Assembly (NCBI GenBank): GCA_009859145.1
Contig: VRVR01000005.1
Span: 339,448-403,447, forward strand
Direction of reading: 5' to 3'
Length of the DNA stretch: 64,000 nucleotides
DNA from: Andalucia godoyi And28
Taxonomy: Eukaryota; Protista; Jakobida
This document shows positions 18,224 through 30,429 of this stretch, in pieces (position 1 is the stretch's first letter; every line of letters begins with the position of its first letter). Both the position numbers and the translations under genes were made by a program. The notes beneath the pieces were generated by a model that did not search any database, was not told the DNA's origin, and saw nothing but the letters and a program-made list of their open reading frames with translations.

Positions 18224-21200
18224 ATGCATAACAGGAGACGGAATCCTTTTCATCCAAACCTTCTTGCGAGTCCTTCGCCGCTTGTCACTTCTGGTTCTTC
18301 CGAATCGGAGTCGTCAGAGCGGAGACTGGGAGCGGAATATGATCGTCTGTTCGCGCCAGAGGATGATGACGACCGCAACGAAAATGAACAAGAATCCACT
18401 CCTTTTATTCCTGTATGTGTGCTGATCCACTTGCATTGCACTTCTATTTTTATTTATTTATTTTTCGTTGGTTCCTTCTTTCCCCTCCATGAAGAGGGCA
18501 CTCCTTCGTTGCTTAGAGGCATCGTTGTTCTTTTTTTCTTTCCGGTGTACTGACTCCGTCCACCTTTGTGTGCGTTTTTGCTGCCGATGTTGGTAGGGTG
18601 ATCGCGAACAGGATCAGGAGCATGCAAAGAGACTCAAAAGGGGCTTTTGGACGACTGCCGTGCGCATAATACACAGAACAAAGAGAAGGCTGTTTGGCGA
18701 GAAGGCTGATTTCAAATGTATGCATTTTCAGTGATGGTGGTTTTGCTGTTAGTGTTGCAGTTCTCGTTTGTCATCTAACGGTTGTTATTCACCCTCCCCC
18801 CTGTTTCCTGTTAATGATGTGTGATTAGCTCGAACTATGAATTTGCGCGGAGAAACTACTCCGATTCGATCCTCGTTTGTGCCGAATGTGGTTCGAAACC
18901 AAAAGTATTCAGTCCTTACGTTCATACCTCAAGTGCTGTATGAACAGTTTCGGTTCTTCTTCAACATGTATTTCTTGATTGTGGCGCTGTCGCAGTTTAT
19001 CCCGGCGCTTAAAGTCGGCTTTCTGTTCACCTACATTGCCCCCCTTATTTTCGTCCTGATTGTCACGATGATCAAGGAAGCATATGATGATTTCCAAAGA
19101 TATGTCCGCGACAAGGAGGCAAATTCTCAAAAATACGACGTTTTGACGGAGCATGGTGTTGTTCAGATACCAAGTTCAAAGATTCGGGTTGGTGATTTGG
19201 TGATTGTCCATACAAACCAACGCGTTCCTGCGGACGGAATTCTTCTGCGAACCACGGAAAAGGGAGGCGCGTCGTTTGTGCGCACGGATCAGTTGGATGG
19301 TGAGACAGACTGGAAGCTCCGGAGGGCATTGTCGAGTTGCCAAGCATTGAGTTCGGACCGTGCGCTGCTCTCGATGGAGGCACGAGTCTATGCAGAGGCA
19401 CCTCGAAAAGAAATTTACGAGTTTGTTGGAACATTTCAAAGAGGAGACGACGAACAGGAGCCCGAGCCTGTGAGCTTAGAAAATACAATGTGGTCCAACT
19501 GCGTCGTTGCTTCGGGGACCTGCGTTTTGCTGATTGTCTATACTGGTCGAGAGACTCGCGCAGTCATGAACACCACGCACCCACGTGCCAAAGTCGGTGC
19601 ACTGGACGCAGAGCTGAATTTCCTTTCGAAATTATTGTTTTTGTTTATGCTTTTGATGTCCGTGCTTATGGTGTCTTTGAGAGGCTACCACGGGTCGTGG
19701 TATGTGTACCTTTTCCGGTTCATTCTTCTCTTCTCATCCATTATTCCGATCTCTCTGCGCGTGAATTTAGACATGGGAAAGACAATGTATTCATGGTTCA
19801 TGATGCGAGACGGCAAAATTGCAGGTACCGTTGTAAGGAATTCTGCAATTCCGGAGGAACTTGGTCGCGTTTCGTATTTGCTGTCTGACAAGACCGGGAC
19901 GCTGACCCAGAATGATATGATCTTCAAGAAACTCCACTTAGGCTTGATTTCCTTTTCTCGCGATTCTTTGATGAATGCAAAGGAGTACCTTCGGGCGTCG
20001 TACAGCATGCAGCCGCAGTCCAGCGGAGCATCATCCGGAGCATATTCTCTTGACTATGATGCTGACGTTTGCAGGGGTGTGCGGGATGCCATCCAAGCAC
20101 TTTCTCTTTGCCACAATGTCACTCCAGTTTTGGAGGACGGCGCTCGGCAATACCAGGCATCCAGTCCCGACGAGGTTGCACTGGTGAAGTTTGCAGAAGT
20201 TGTTGGATTGGTCTTGGAAAACCGCACACAGGCTTCAATCACGCTTCGAAACCCCAACGGGTCTTTTGAGGAGTACGAGATCCTGCAGGTGTTCCCGTTT
20301 ACTTCGGAACGAAAGCGAGCGGGGATTATTGTGAAGTCCCTGATCACAGGAGAGACTACGTTTTACTTGAAAGGCGCCGATACCGTCATGCTGCGAATCT
20401 TGTACCACAGCGACTGGCTCTCCGAGGAATGTGATAACATGGCACGAGAAGGACTGCGGACGCTTGTCATCGCGAAAAGAGTGATGGCAGACGAAGAGTA
20501 TGCGGCATGGCTTGTCCGTTACAAGGAAGCACAAACAAAGATACTGAACCGGACGACTGCTGTGCAGGCGGTTGTTGATAGCCTGGAAGTCGACATGCGC
20601 CTGCTAGCCCTTACTGGAGTGGAAGATCGCTTGCAGCAGGGTGTCCCTCAAGCACTCGAAATGCTCCGTAATGCGGGAGTGCGCGTCTGGATGCTCACTG
20701 GTGACAAGGTGGACACGGCTATTTGCGTTGCCCGTGCGTCCAAGTTAGTGAATCGGTCTCAAGCCATTCGAATCATTCAGGGCACACAAGCGGTTGGCGA
20801 GATTCGATCGCAGCTTGCGGACTGCTCGTCTCTGCGCGACTTGTTTCTCGTTGTTGATGGCACTGTACTCGAGGTTTGCCTGAAGGAATGTCGGAATGAC
20901 TTTTTCAGGACGGCCTCGGAAGCGTCCAGCGTCGCGGTCTGCCGTTGCTCTCCGACACAGAAAGCACAGGTTGTGCGAATGCTGAAGGCATATGTTCCGA
21001 GCAAACGCACTTGTGCCATCGGCGACGGGGGAAATGATGTCAGCATGATCACTGCCGCCGACGTGGGCATCGGCATTGTCGGCAAGGAAGGCAAGCAAGC
21101 GTCGTTGGCTGCTGACTTTTCGATTATGCAGTTTTCGTTCATCACACGGTTGTTGCTGTGGCATGGCAGAAACGCTTACAAACGATCCGCTCGCCTGTCA

Positions 21201-21821
21201 CAATTCGTAATTCATCGCGGCTTAATTATTTCCATCATCCAAGCCGCCTTCTCTGCTATTGTCTACTTTGCTGCCATCCCGATCTATACGGGCTGGTTGA
21301 TGGTGGGATATGCGACGTACTACACCATGTTTCCGGTGTTTTCTCTGGTTCTGGACTCGGACGTGGACGAGGAAATTGCTTTGACTTACCCCGAATTGTA
21401 CAAGGAGCTCCAGAAGGGCCGGTCTTTGTCGTACAAGACGTTTTTGATTTGGGTGATGAAAGCGGTGTACCAGGGCGCTGCGATCATGATTCTGGCCATA
21501 CTCTTTTTTGAAGACTCATTGCTTCGTATCGTGTCCATCACGTTTACTTCGCTGATTGTGACTGAGTTGCTCATGGTCCTTTTTGAGGTTCATCATGTTA
21601 CTCGTTGGATGACGGTGTCAGAAATTGTCTCTGCTGTCATTTACCTGTTCTCCATCTTGCTGCTTCCAACGTACTTTGACACACTCTTCATGTTTACCTT
21701 TGCTTTTTGGTGGAGGGTTCTCGTCATTGTCATGTTCAGCGTTCTTCCTGTGTATGTTGCGAAGATCATTCATCGACGCTTCAGCCCGCCAGTGTATGCC
21801 AAGCTGAACAATGTAGTTTGA
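18224..21821 (+). CDS. ATP9: P4-ATPase phospholipid flippase, ATP9/Neo1 class; three exons (18224-18412, 18597-18717, 18829-21821), 1100 aa
   Basis: DKTGTLT, DGETDWK, MLTGDK and GDGGNDV motifs, plus NQKY...VLYEQFRFFFNMYFL typical of ATP9/Neo1. Splicing at two GT..AG introns keeps the frame open (189+121+2993 = 3303 nt). Confidence 0.9.
18413..18596 (+). other. Spliceosomal intron 1 of the ATP9 gene (phase 0)
   Basis: GTATGT donor, TACTGAC at 18548-18554, TAG acceptor; preserves the frame. Confidence 0.7.
18718..18828 (+). other. Spliceosomal intron 2 of the ATP9 gene (phase 1)
   Basis: GTATGC donor, CTAAC at 18775-18779, TAG acceptor; the joined sequence reads K-S-R-T-M-N-L. Confidence 0.75.
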
Positions 21822-22017
21822 TAATGACATACATGAAGTAATTTTATGTAGTTTTATCGATTCCGTGAGAGTGTGTCTTTTTCTCTTCTTCTTTTTTCTT
21901 ATTCGCTGTGCGAGTGAGGCTCCTTTCGTTCGACAAAAGAAAATAAACCCCCCCAGCACATTGTGTGTACATGCACCGCCTTTGGAGGTGCTATTGTTGC
22001 TATGACTATCCCTGGTC

Positions 22018-24078
22018 TTAAAAAGCCAATTGTTTCCACATTTCTTGAAGGCGCATGAACTCCGACCGGGCGTGGACGGCAGGGTAATTCTCGTACGCAG
22101 CCAAAGTTGCATCCTGTACACAAAAGTGGGCAAACTTATCGAGTGCTGCGGAAGAGGGTCGGCCATGCATATTCAGGTTCTGCATAAGGGATTGCACTGT
22201 AACAACGTCATCATCACTCTCTCCTGCGTCAGTAACCATCCGCAGCGGTACGGCGCTTGGACGAACGGACCGGCCGGCATCTGCATTCCCAGGCAGCGGC
22301 TGTTGAGGAGACATCCCCTCCATGGTAAACATCATCCCGTCTTCATCGTCCTGCTGTTGCTGTTGCTGTTGCTGCGGGTGCTGTTGCTGGTGCTGGTGCT
22401 GTTCCGGCTTTGCGAACGGAATCATATTCGGTGCCGATGCAGGGGTCAAATCAGATACGGACCGCTGTCGCGTATTCGCCGCAAACTGCGCGTTTGTGAC
22501 GGCAGCAATGGCCACAGCAGATGCATTGGGAACCAATGCATTGGCAGGATTGTTGTTATACGGATACGAGTGAGGTACGACCTTTTGAGACGATACGCCA
22601 TCTCTTTGGGACAATAGGTGTTGCTGATGTTGCGGTACTTGAACAGCGTTTGAACTTGGAATCTGCTGGTGAATTCCCGGATACAGGTGCGGAACAAACT
22701 GCGTCGGTGGCGATTCCCGGAACGGCGAGAACGAAAGCTTGAACGATTTTGATTGTTCTGTTCTCGATCCGTGAATAGGAACCATAGACCCAAGCGGAGG
22801 AGAAACGGAGAGATTCGCCGAAGTAGCATACTGATCCATTGTCGGTGGAGAATGCGACGCGGGAGTGAATGCAGAAGCGCCATACTGCGCAGAGTTTTGG
22901 CTGCCATTGTGTGCAGTCTTTGGTTTTTGGATGGGTATTCCCACAGCACCGACGCTTGCCCCTTCTGAACCGAGCACGGTCGAGTTCATCGTCGTCGCCG
23001 CAGAAACAGACGACCCGGCTACGGTGTGTCCGTTTGTGGACGAAGAGTGCGAAACATTCACGAACGATGCATTTGACTGGACAGAACCAGAGCTCAACAC
23101 TCCGGCTCCTGATCCGTTTGCATGCACGAGAGGTGCAGTGCTTGCAAGCACTCTGCCAGGCTGTGTCATTGATCGAGGTCGAGAAGGAACCGACGCTCCA
23201 TATGGATTCGATCCGCTTGTGTGTGAAGAAGAATGAATCGACGCAGAGTTGTATGAGGTGGCAACCATATCTGAGGACCCGGAACTTGAGCTTGAGTGTC
23301 CTCGGACGATCGCCTGCGGTCCAGAAGGACCATACTGTGTGATGAAATCGTTGATGACGACTGATTTCATTGACGGCTGGGCATGCAGCAATTCCGAGGG
23401 CGACTCTGTAAGAAACTCCACGGACAGCTGGATTGTCCCAAATTCAGAAAACACTGGTGAAAAGGACACTTGCGAAAACCCACTGGAGCTCGACACGGAT
23501 CCGTTTCCATTCAAATTGTTCGAGTTTGCGTTGCTGTTGAGCGACTGTGATTGCGACGACTGTGTGGCAAAAATTGCCCCGTTGTTCGAAAACTCCTCTT
23601 CGTTGGAGTACAAATGGAACCCCATTGTGAATCCAAGAGTTCGATTCTTTTGCAGCTTTCGAAACAGCTCAAACGACGGCATCAGTCTGACCCGCGAAAA
23701 CACGCTTCGGATTAAGACGATAAGTGCCTTGTACGATTTTGCGAGTTCAATACGCTGGGTTGAATCCAAGGGAATCTTTCCAAAATCCAGTCTCCATCGC
23801 TCCAGAATGTACCGCTGCTTCTCGTTGCTGTGGGGTCCTCGTCGGTAAGCATACACTTCGATTCCAAGAAACCTGTGGAACTGCTGCTGCCAAGGAAGAA
23901 GCTCCGATGTAATCAAATCGCAGTCTTCCGTCTCCAAATTAAACAGCTTGTTCCGCTTCCCCGATATCGTTCCAAGCGGAAACTGGACCCGGGTCTGTAG
24001 AATAATTTGCGATACCTTTGAAATCGTCTCCTTCCACAAGTACAAGAACTTTGTTCGACCACCTGACGGATCCGACAT
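22018..24078 (-). CDS. ATG13: Autophagy protein Atg13 (N-terminal HORMA domain plus long disordered tail)
   Basis: QIILQTRV...NKLFNLE...ILERWRL...SYKALIVLIRSVFSRVRLMPSFELFR is the Atg13 HORMA pattern, followed by an S/P/Q-rich region. Likely ATG at 24078. Confidence 0.8.
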   Translation of the reverse strand: MSDPSGGRTKFLYLWKETISKVSQIILQTRVQFPLGTISGKRNKLFNLETEDCDLITSELLPWQQQFHRFLGIEVYAYRRGPHSNEKQRYILERWRLDFGKIPLDSTQRIELAKSYKALIVLIRSVFSRVRLMPSFELFRKLQKNRTLGFTMGFHLYSNEEEFSNNGAIFATQSSQSQSLNSNANSNNLNGNGSVSSSSGFSQVSFSPVFSEFGTIQLSVEFLTESPSELLHAQPSMKSVVINDFITQYGPSGPQAIVRGHSSSSSGSSDMVATSYNSASIHSSSHTSGSNPYGASVPSRPRSMTQPGRVLASTAPLVHANGSGAGVLSSGSVQSNASFVNVSHSSSTNGHTVAGSSVSAATTMNSTVLGSEGASVGAVGIPIQKPKTAHNGSQNSAQYGASAFTPASHSPPTMDQYATSANLSVSPPLGSMVPIHGSRTEQSKSFKLSFSPFRESPPTQFVPHLYPGIHQQIPSSNAVQVPQHQQHLLSQRDGVSSQKVVPHSYPYNNNPANALVPNASAVAIAAVTNAQFAANTRQRSVSDLTPASAPNMIPFAKPEQHQHQQQHPQQQQQQQQDDEDGMMFTMEGMSPQQPLPGNADAGRSVRPSAVPLRMVTDAGESDDDVVTVQSLMQNLNMHGRPSSAALDKFAHFCVQDATLAAYENYPAVHARSEFMRLQEMWKQLAF

Positions 24079-24529
24079 TATCCCTCCGTTATAGTTCGCT
24101 ACCAAACAAACCAAACGGACAACACAACCAACGGACACAAATAAAACGGACTGCCTGCTAAACCGGAGGGGGACTTTAGGCGATGAAGCAGAACGGCAAA
24201 AGAAGATGAAATACGGGAGGAGGGAAAGAATGCGATGTTACTGGATTGGATGAAATAGTCAGCAAAGCCACGAGAGTGAGAGAAATGAAGAGAGTTCGCA
24301 AACAAACTATTGTGTTGTTGTTGTTGTTTTCTGTGTTCTTCTTCTTCTTTTTTTCCCCTCTTTGCAACTGGGGAGTTCTGAGTGAAGAAGAATGAGGGAA
24401 AAGGAAGACAATCGACACTCTTTCTTCTTCTTCGTGTCTTGGATGAGATGAAGAAATAATGAAGAATACAAGGAGAGTACGAAGGACGGAACGACGGACA
24501 GGGTGAAAGATGGTAAGTATATTACAGAA

Positions 24530-24565
24530 GAAGAAGCAGAAGAAGCAGAAGAAGCAGAAGAAGCA
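24530..24565. repeat. (GAAGAAGCA)4 nonamer repeat
   Basis: Four perfect copies are visible. Confidence 0.85.
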
Positions 24566-25603
24566 GAAGAAGAAAAAGTGATGTTTGGAAACGAATCGTT
24601 GTCCTTGGAGAGAGGAAAAGAAAAAATCGGATACAACAGAAAATAGGCGGGAATCAAGAGAGACAAGGAGGTTTGATCAAGCAAACAGAACTCAATCTGA
24701 TGGCACACAGAGATGGGATCCTTTTTAAGCCCGCGGTACGGATGGCGGCCGGATTGGATGTTCCGAAGCAATCCGGAATGCGGTGATTCGATCGCCCTGA
24801 GTCACACAGACGTGGATGGAAGAAAAAATGAAAAAAGAACGGGAAAATTGAGTGCTGTTGTTGGGGGGCGGGGGTTCTATACAAGACGTGGGTTTTTCTT
24901 CTTCTTTTTTTCTTGCATGGGGCGTGATCAAAACAACCCAAGTGCCACCGAGGTTTCCCTTCACTTGATTTGAGGACAAAAGAAGAAAAGCGGTGCAAAA
25001 TGGGGGAAGTTTCTCGTCTGCTTGCATCTCCTTCCCATCTTGTACATCCCTTCGACGTTGTGCTCGCATGGCTTTCCCGGAAGGTTGTGGAACCCTGGAA
25101 AGGCCTTCCTTGCTTGTCGGGAATGGTCCATTCGTCAAGTGGTAACTTGCTGTCAAGAGCAAAGAGAGAGCCGGGGAAGCTCGGAGGACTGAAGGGAAAG
25201 GTGCAGTCGAGCGCGAAAAAGAAAAAGAAATGGAGCAAGAATTCGAACGCCGTTCTTTTTCGAGTCTGAAGACGCGAGGGCGTCCGGCCGTTTGCGCTCG
25301 CGTCAAATCCGTTCGGCAACGTGCAGCACGCGTTTTCTTTTTTTTTTTTGTTTTGTTTTTGGTTTGTCTTTTCTCGTTCCTTCTCCATTGCATTCTCTCT
25401 CGCAACATTGATTCATGACAATGGGAAAAAACAAAATAAAAGCGATTTAGAACCTCGAACGGACGGCAGATGCATGGTGCACATAACGTGCTGTTAGAAA
25501 GAAGAAAAAAACTATTTATGGATTTCTACGTTGCTGCTGCTGTTGTGGCTGTGCTTACATTATATTAAAGACCTCAGGAGGAGGAGCTGGGCAAGCGAAC
25601 GAG

Positions 25604-26545
25604 CTACATTCTGAGAAGAGCCTCAATAGATCGCATGGGATCGCGAGGAAGCAGTTGGGCAAAGTTGAGAACGGCTCCGTGCAGAACGGATATGCGATGC
25701 ATTTCATTGTGGAATCGAACGGCATCCATGTCTGACGTTGCAAGTGCTCCATACAGCGGCAGAGCATCTCGAATCGGAACATTGTGATCTTCTGGAATTG
25801 CCGTGGCTTCACTCGGATTCTCCACAAGACGATGGAGGGTCGTCGATCGATCTAGCGCCAACACTTCATCGACAAGTACCTCGAAAGCGGCTTCGGAGAT
25901 GGGAGAATTGCCCTGCACCGATATTCTTTCCGTCGTCAAAAACTCCAGGTTCCAGTACTCCTGATCTTCGAATCCAAGGTTCCATAAGAAGCTGGCATCG
26001 TCGAATGCCACTGCGGTCTCGAATTCCGGAATGCTGCGAACAGACACGACTGGCGCAGACTCTGCTTCGAAGCCGTGGCTGTCCGCCCCACTCCCGACCA
26101 TTGTGTTAGCCGACTGCCGTTCCAATGCGTCAACAGTAAAGCGATTCTCGAAGACACAGTACAATTCTTCGTCAGCCACGTAGCACTCCCCAACTTCTCC
26201 TCCTGCTGTTCCAGTTGTGCCGTCCCCAATCTCACCGGAATTGTACAGTTCCGCGCAGATGCTTTCGAGAGTTCCTGGCTGCAGGGCTTGGGTCCCCTCT
26301 TTTCGGGGCGTTGCGAAGGAGTCCATGCTTTCGCCGGAAAGGCTCCATCCCTTGCTGAACGTTGTGTGCGGCGCAGGCGATGAGATTCCTCGGCCAGACG
26401 TTGCGGAGGATGGAGTAGCGAGCTTGTTACCACTGGTGGATGACACCAGAGATGGAAATCGCTCGTGGATCATTCGCAGCGTGGGAGAAACGGCGGCTGC
26501 GTTTCGAAGATCAAGACTAATCGATCGTGCGTTTGCGGCTGCCAT
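25604..26545 (-). CDS. Hypothetical protein (313 aa), no family recognised
   Basis: Open frame between AT-rich spacers with protein-like composition: Ser-rich N-terminus, acidic middle, helical C-terminus. Confidence 0.7.
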   Translation of the reverse strand: MAAANARSISLDLRNAAAVSPTLRMIHERFPSLVSSTSGNKLATPSSATSGRGISSPAPHTTFSKGWSLSGESMDSFATPRKEGTQALQPGTLESICAELYNSGEIGDGTTGTAGGEVGECYVADEELYCVFENRFTVDALERQSANTMVGSGADSHGFEAESAPVVSVRSIPEFETAVAFDDASFLWNLGFEDQEYWNLEFLTTERISVQGNSPISEAAFEVLVDEVLALDRSTTLHRLVENPSEATAIPEDHNVPIRDALPLYGALATSDMDAVRFHNEMHRISVLHGAVLNFAQLLPRDPMRSIEALLRM

Positions 26546-27553
26546 GATTCCTTCTTTATATTTCCTCAACGCGTGTGTATTCGAAAAGTCTATAAAACTG
26601 GCTAATTCACGCCGACACCAACCGCCTCCCTTTTTTTTTTTTTTTGCTAATCAGCTCAGGCAGTTACGAAATAGCAAGTCTAACCTCCACCCGTTTCGAC
26701 TGGGAATTATCAACGAATTCGGAAGAAACACAAACACACGCAGAGACAAACCGATAGACAGAGCGACAACAAAAACTTAGTCTGCATCTTGAGCGCTCTC
26801 AGTTGTTCAACATCGTGCGTTCATCGACCGACAACTCGACCCAAAGTAGAACCGTGGTCACCGTTGAGAAGGGGAGGGGAGGCGGGGAGAACAAGTGCGG
26901 GGGCAACCCCCCTCTGTTCCGTTCCGCATAGTAGAATTGCTGATTGATACTGTCCCGGCAGGTGGTGGGATGCAGGTGCGTACGATGATGTTCAAGCGAG
27001 TTTCGAGTGAACACGACGAAACGCGGCAGCATTTCTGGGCTGAGAAAGGTACGACCGAACTGCGCCTCGAGAGCATTCTTTAACACTGCTATCACCCTGT
27101 CCATTGCAGACTCTTACGCAGCTTTTTTATTTTGAAAGCGAACAAACATTCGTCCCTGTCATCGTACTTCCTCGCGTTCCCTCCCCGCACATCCAAAAAC
27201 ACTCGCCACTCCTGCCAGCCTGCAAAACTTCCGTGCCTGCTGTACTGCTTCTCGTAAAATTTCACCTATCCTCCGATCATGTTTTCGCTCGAACCCACCC
27301 CGAAGCCCTGGGGGAAGCTGACCAGCATTTCCAACTGCCCATCTCAAAAAGCCCCGGCCCGCACCAACTCTCTTTTCTCTTCTCTGGCTATTTTATACAT
27401 ACATACATACATATATATATGTGTGTGTTTGTATACGTTTTTTCACTCTTTGCTTTTTATTTTATTTTAAGTATTTAAATTGTTGAATACTCGTAGAGTT
27501 CTTCAGTGATTTCTGTGGTGTGCCATTTTCAAAGACCACTACCACCACCATCA

Positions 27554-27600
27554 CAACAACAACAACAACAACAACAACAACAGCAACAACAACAACAACA
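27554..27600. repeat. (CAA)n trinucleotide repeat immediately 5' of the SF-assemblin ATG
   Basis: Directly visible, with one CAG interruption. Confidence 0.9.
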
Positions 27601-27604
27601 AGAA

Positions 27605-28444
27605 ATGTCGTACCAGCGCTCACCTCCAGCAAACAACTCGTCGTTCTCGCAGCCGTACTCTCCGCGCTCGACAATGTCTGCGTCGACATCATCGTCTTCG
27701 CCGTCGCTTGAGAAGCTTGCGCGGATCCGGGAGTCGTTCAGCGCGCTGTCCACGGATCTGCAATCGGAAGTGGAGGTTCGTCGGAACCAGGACCTCTCAC
27801 GCGTCGAGGAGCTTCGAGAGTATGTTTCACGCAACGAAAAGAATCTTGCGATGGAGATCAAGAGACGAACGGAAGCAGATAAGGTCATTACACAGCTTTT
27901 GGAAACGTCCATTGCCCAGACGCAAGAATCTCTTGAAAAGCAACTTGCGGAAAAGTTCCATCATTTGCAATTGACGACGGATGTGCTTTCAAAGCGCATT
28001 TCTTCGTGTGAAAAGGATGCAAACGACGACCGAGAGTCCAAGGCCCGTGCGCTGGAAAACTCGACGAATGTCCTGATGGGAGAGATCCAGTCCGTCTCTG
28101 CGTCTCTGGAGAATGAAAAGATCCAGCGAATCGAACGCGATAATGCATTTTCAAAGAAGTTTACGGATGAAGTATTCCGCATCAACGAGCGCATCGAGGC
28201 AGAGCGCATTTCAAGAGAGTCTAGCTTTGCAGCCATCCGAGAGGATATTGAAAAGTACAACCGCAGCAAGGAGAAGAAGGACGAGCTCTTTGCAAACCAC
28301 GTTCTTGAGGAAATCGAAACGCTGAAAACGGCTATCAGAATCGAGGCCGAGAACAGAGAGACAGGCGAGGACTCGCTTGCACAGACGCTCCACGATGTTG
28401 TTCATAGACTCCAGGAAGGACTGCACATCGTCTCGGCAAAGTAA
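27605..28444 (+). CDS. SF-assemblin / beta-giardin family striated-fibre protein
   Basis: S/P-rich head followed by a coiled coil with EKLARIRESFSAL...LAMEIKRRTEADK...REDSLAQTL...LQEGLHIVS. ATG at 27605. Confidence 0.85.
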   Translation: MSYQRSPPANNSSFSQPYSPRSTMSASTSSSSPSLEKLARIRESFSALSTDLQSEVEVRRNQDLSRVEELREYVSRNEKNLAMEIKRRTEADKVITQLLETSIAQTQESLEKQLAEKFHHLQLTTDVLSKRISSCEKDANDDRESKARALENSTNVLMGEIQSVSASLENEKIQRIERDNAFSKKFTDEVFRINERIEAERISRESSFAAIREDIEKYNRSKEKKDELFANHVLEEIETLKTAIRIEAENRETGEDSLAQTLHDVVHRLQEGLHIVSAK

Positions 28445-28896
28445 TCGCAACAACCGTTCCCGGACCGAAGCAGAAGAGTGTTCAATGGTCAAACACCGAT
28501 AACACGTGTGTCGAACGGATCAATCGAACGGCTTTTTTTGTTGACGTGCGTGTGCGTTCTTCAGTCTTGGCTTTTTATTGTGTATTTTGTTGCGCACACA
28601 CCCTTCTCTCCTTGTTTGCTCTTGCCCTTTTGTGTTTTTTTCGTTTTTGTTTTGAATCGTCTGTGGCGTGATTTTTGAATCTTTTTTTTTTTTTTCGTAT
28701 TTGTTGTGTTTGTTGCTGCCACTTGTTTGGGCGCTTTTCCGTGTAATAAAATAAAAATTAAAAAAAATAAAATAATAATAATAATGAATGAAAAAGATGT
28801 ATTGGAAAACATATTGGAAAGTGTGTTCCGCGAACCCCCTTGCATCCCAACCTACCTCCATGGCATGTACCGCAGGTCAGTCTAGCACACATCCTC

Positions 28897-30114
28897 TCAA
28901 AGATGAGTCCCGAATGGGACAAATACATCCTGGGTGTCGCAGGATCCCAACAACTGCGCAACAAGATCCCTGTGATGGTTCCGCTTTCGCCTCTTTGTCG
29001 CCCGCACCTCATCCAGCGTCTGTCCTCTCGTTTCCTGCACTTCGTCCTCTGCTCTCCTTTCTTCTTCAGCGTCATCGGCATCGGCATCGGCACCGGCATC
29101 GGCATCGGCATCGGCATCATCGGGGAGCGCATTTTCATGCTTGGTGGCGTTGGATTTGACGGCGGCTCGTCCTTCGGCGCTCGGATGCATGCGGGAAATG
29201 TGTCTTCGAAGCAAGTATGAAAATGCAAAGGCCTTCGCACAAACCGAGCACGCATAATTGCGAACGGAGGAGTGAGCAGATCGCACATGTGAATTGAGAT
29301 TGGACCGTGTGACGAACGCCTTGTCGCATCCCGGAAACTCACATTCAAAAACACCCCTGGGACTGCCTTCAAAGATGACGGTCAGTGCGCCGCAGGAGGA
29401 AGACGATACTTTCCTCCGTAGTCTTCGCGGGCTCTTTGGCGACGAAGCTTGCAGAGAGTCATCCATGATGCTCTCAAAGGTGTTTGTGTTCGCAGGACTT
29501 GCAGAGCCGCTGCATGCAAGATCAAAGCCGGGATGCAGACTCTGCACATGATCATGCAGTGCTTCCATCGTCGGAAACAAGTCATTGCAGTCTTCGCATG
29601 GGCATGGAACAACATCTCCGATGTCCACGTGGCGACTCAGATGCCGAAACAGCCGTTCTTCATCTCGAAACTCCGAATTGCAGACTTTGCAGACATGGTG
29701 CAAATCCTTGGAATCGATATTCGCGGATGCATGGTCATTGAATTCGCATTCCTTAACGTGCCTTCGCAGCTGAACCTTCTTCGCAAAGGACGCGGTGCAT
29801 CCTCGGAAAACACATGAATACGGTGTTGGATTCACATGTGCCAATTGATGTCGCTTTAAGTGGTGCCGCAGAACAAAGGAGGCGCTGCACCCCGGATGAT
29901 CACACGCAAACGATCTCTTTAAATTGCCTTCCAAATGTGTCTTTTGATGGCGTTTCAAATGGTCACAGCGCCGAAACGACTTGCCGCAGACATTGCACAC
30001 ACACGGTTTCGCTCCCGTGTGCGAACGGACATGTTCCTCAAGTTTATATTTCTTGAATGTAGTGAACGTGCATTCGGGATAGTGGCACGTCCACTGCTTG
30101 TTCAAGTCGCTCAT
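28897..30114 (-). CDS. C2H2 multi-zinc-finger protein, TFIIIA-like (8 fingers, one C2HC)
   Basis: Fingers such as CHYPECTFTTFKKYKLEEHVRSH, TGAKP linker, CEFPGCDKAFVTRSNLNSHVRSAH and CSVCAKAFAFSYLLRRHISRMH, with a TFIIIA-like CxxxxC spacing. ATG at 30114. Confidence 0.75.
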   Translation of the reverse strand: MSDLNKQWTCHYPECTFTTFKKYKLEEHVRSHTGAKPCVCNVCGKSFRRCDHLKRHQKTHLEGNLKRSFACDHPGCSASFVLRHHLKRHQLAHVNPTPYSCVFRGCTASFAKKVQLRRHVKECEFNDHASANIDSKDLHHVCKVCNSEFRDEERLFRHLSRHVDIGDVVPCPCEDCNDLFPTMEALHDHVQSLHPGFDLACSGSASPANTNTFESIMDDSLQASSPKSPRRLRRKVSSSSCGALTVIFEGSPRGVFECEFPGCDKAFVTRSNLNSHVRSAHSSVRNYACSVCAKAFAFSYLLRRHISRMHPSAEGRAAVKSNATKHENALPDDADADADAGADADADDAEEERRAEDEVQETRGQTLDEVRATKRRKRNHHRDLVAQLLGSCDTQDVFVPFGTHL

Positions 30115-30429
30115 TGGAATGCAGCAGATTGTAAGAGATCCATGCGGATGCCCAGCAGCCGAGAGAAGCGCGCAATGAGGAAAAAAAACCGCGAAAAAAT
30201 AAATAAATAAGTAATAATAAGTAACAGTAATGATAGTGATAATCAAAACAGAAACAGAAAACAGCGGATCGGGGATTTTCGTCGGGAAAAGAGAAAAAAG
30301 CCAAACGAAGAGGTGTTCGAAAGGCGCCCCAGACAGAAGGGTGTGGGGCTGGTGGTATCACTGAGGAGGTAGTGGAAAGACAATTTACATCACAAGAACT
30401 GAGATGATCTAAAGAACGGCATGTGTCAT

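Noticed and set aside
24654-25408. Overlapping 244-aa and 227-aa minus-strand ORFs
   Set aside because: They run through poly-A/T tracts and have low-complexity K/F-rich composition; a smaller spliced gene cannot be excluded.
26799-27104. 101-aa minus-strand ORF starting MDRVIAVLKNALEAQFG
   Set aside because: It has an ATG start and an amphipathic beginning, but no motif or other support, so I leave it unresolved.
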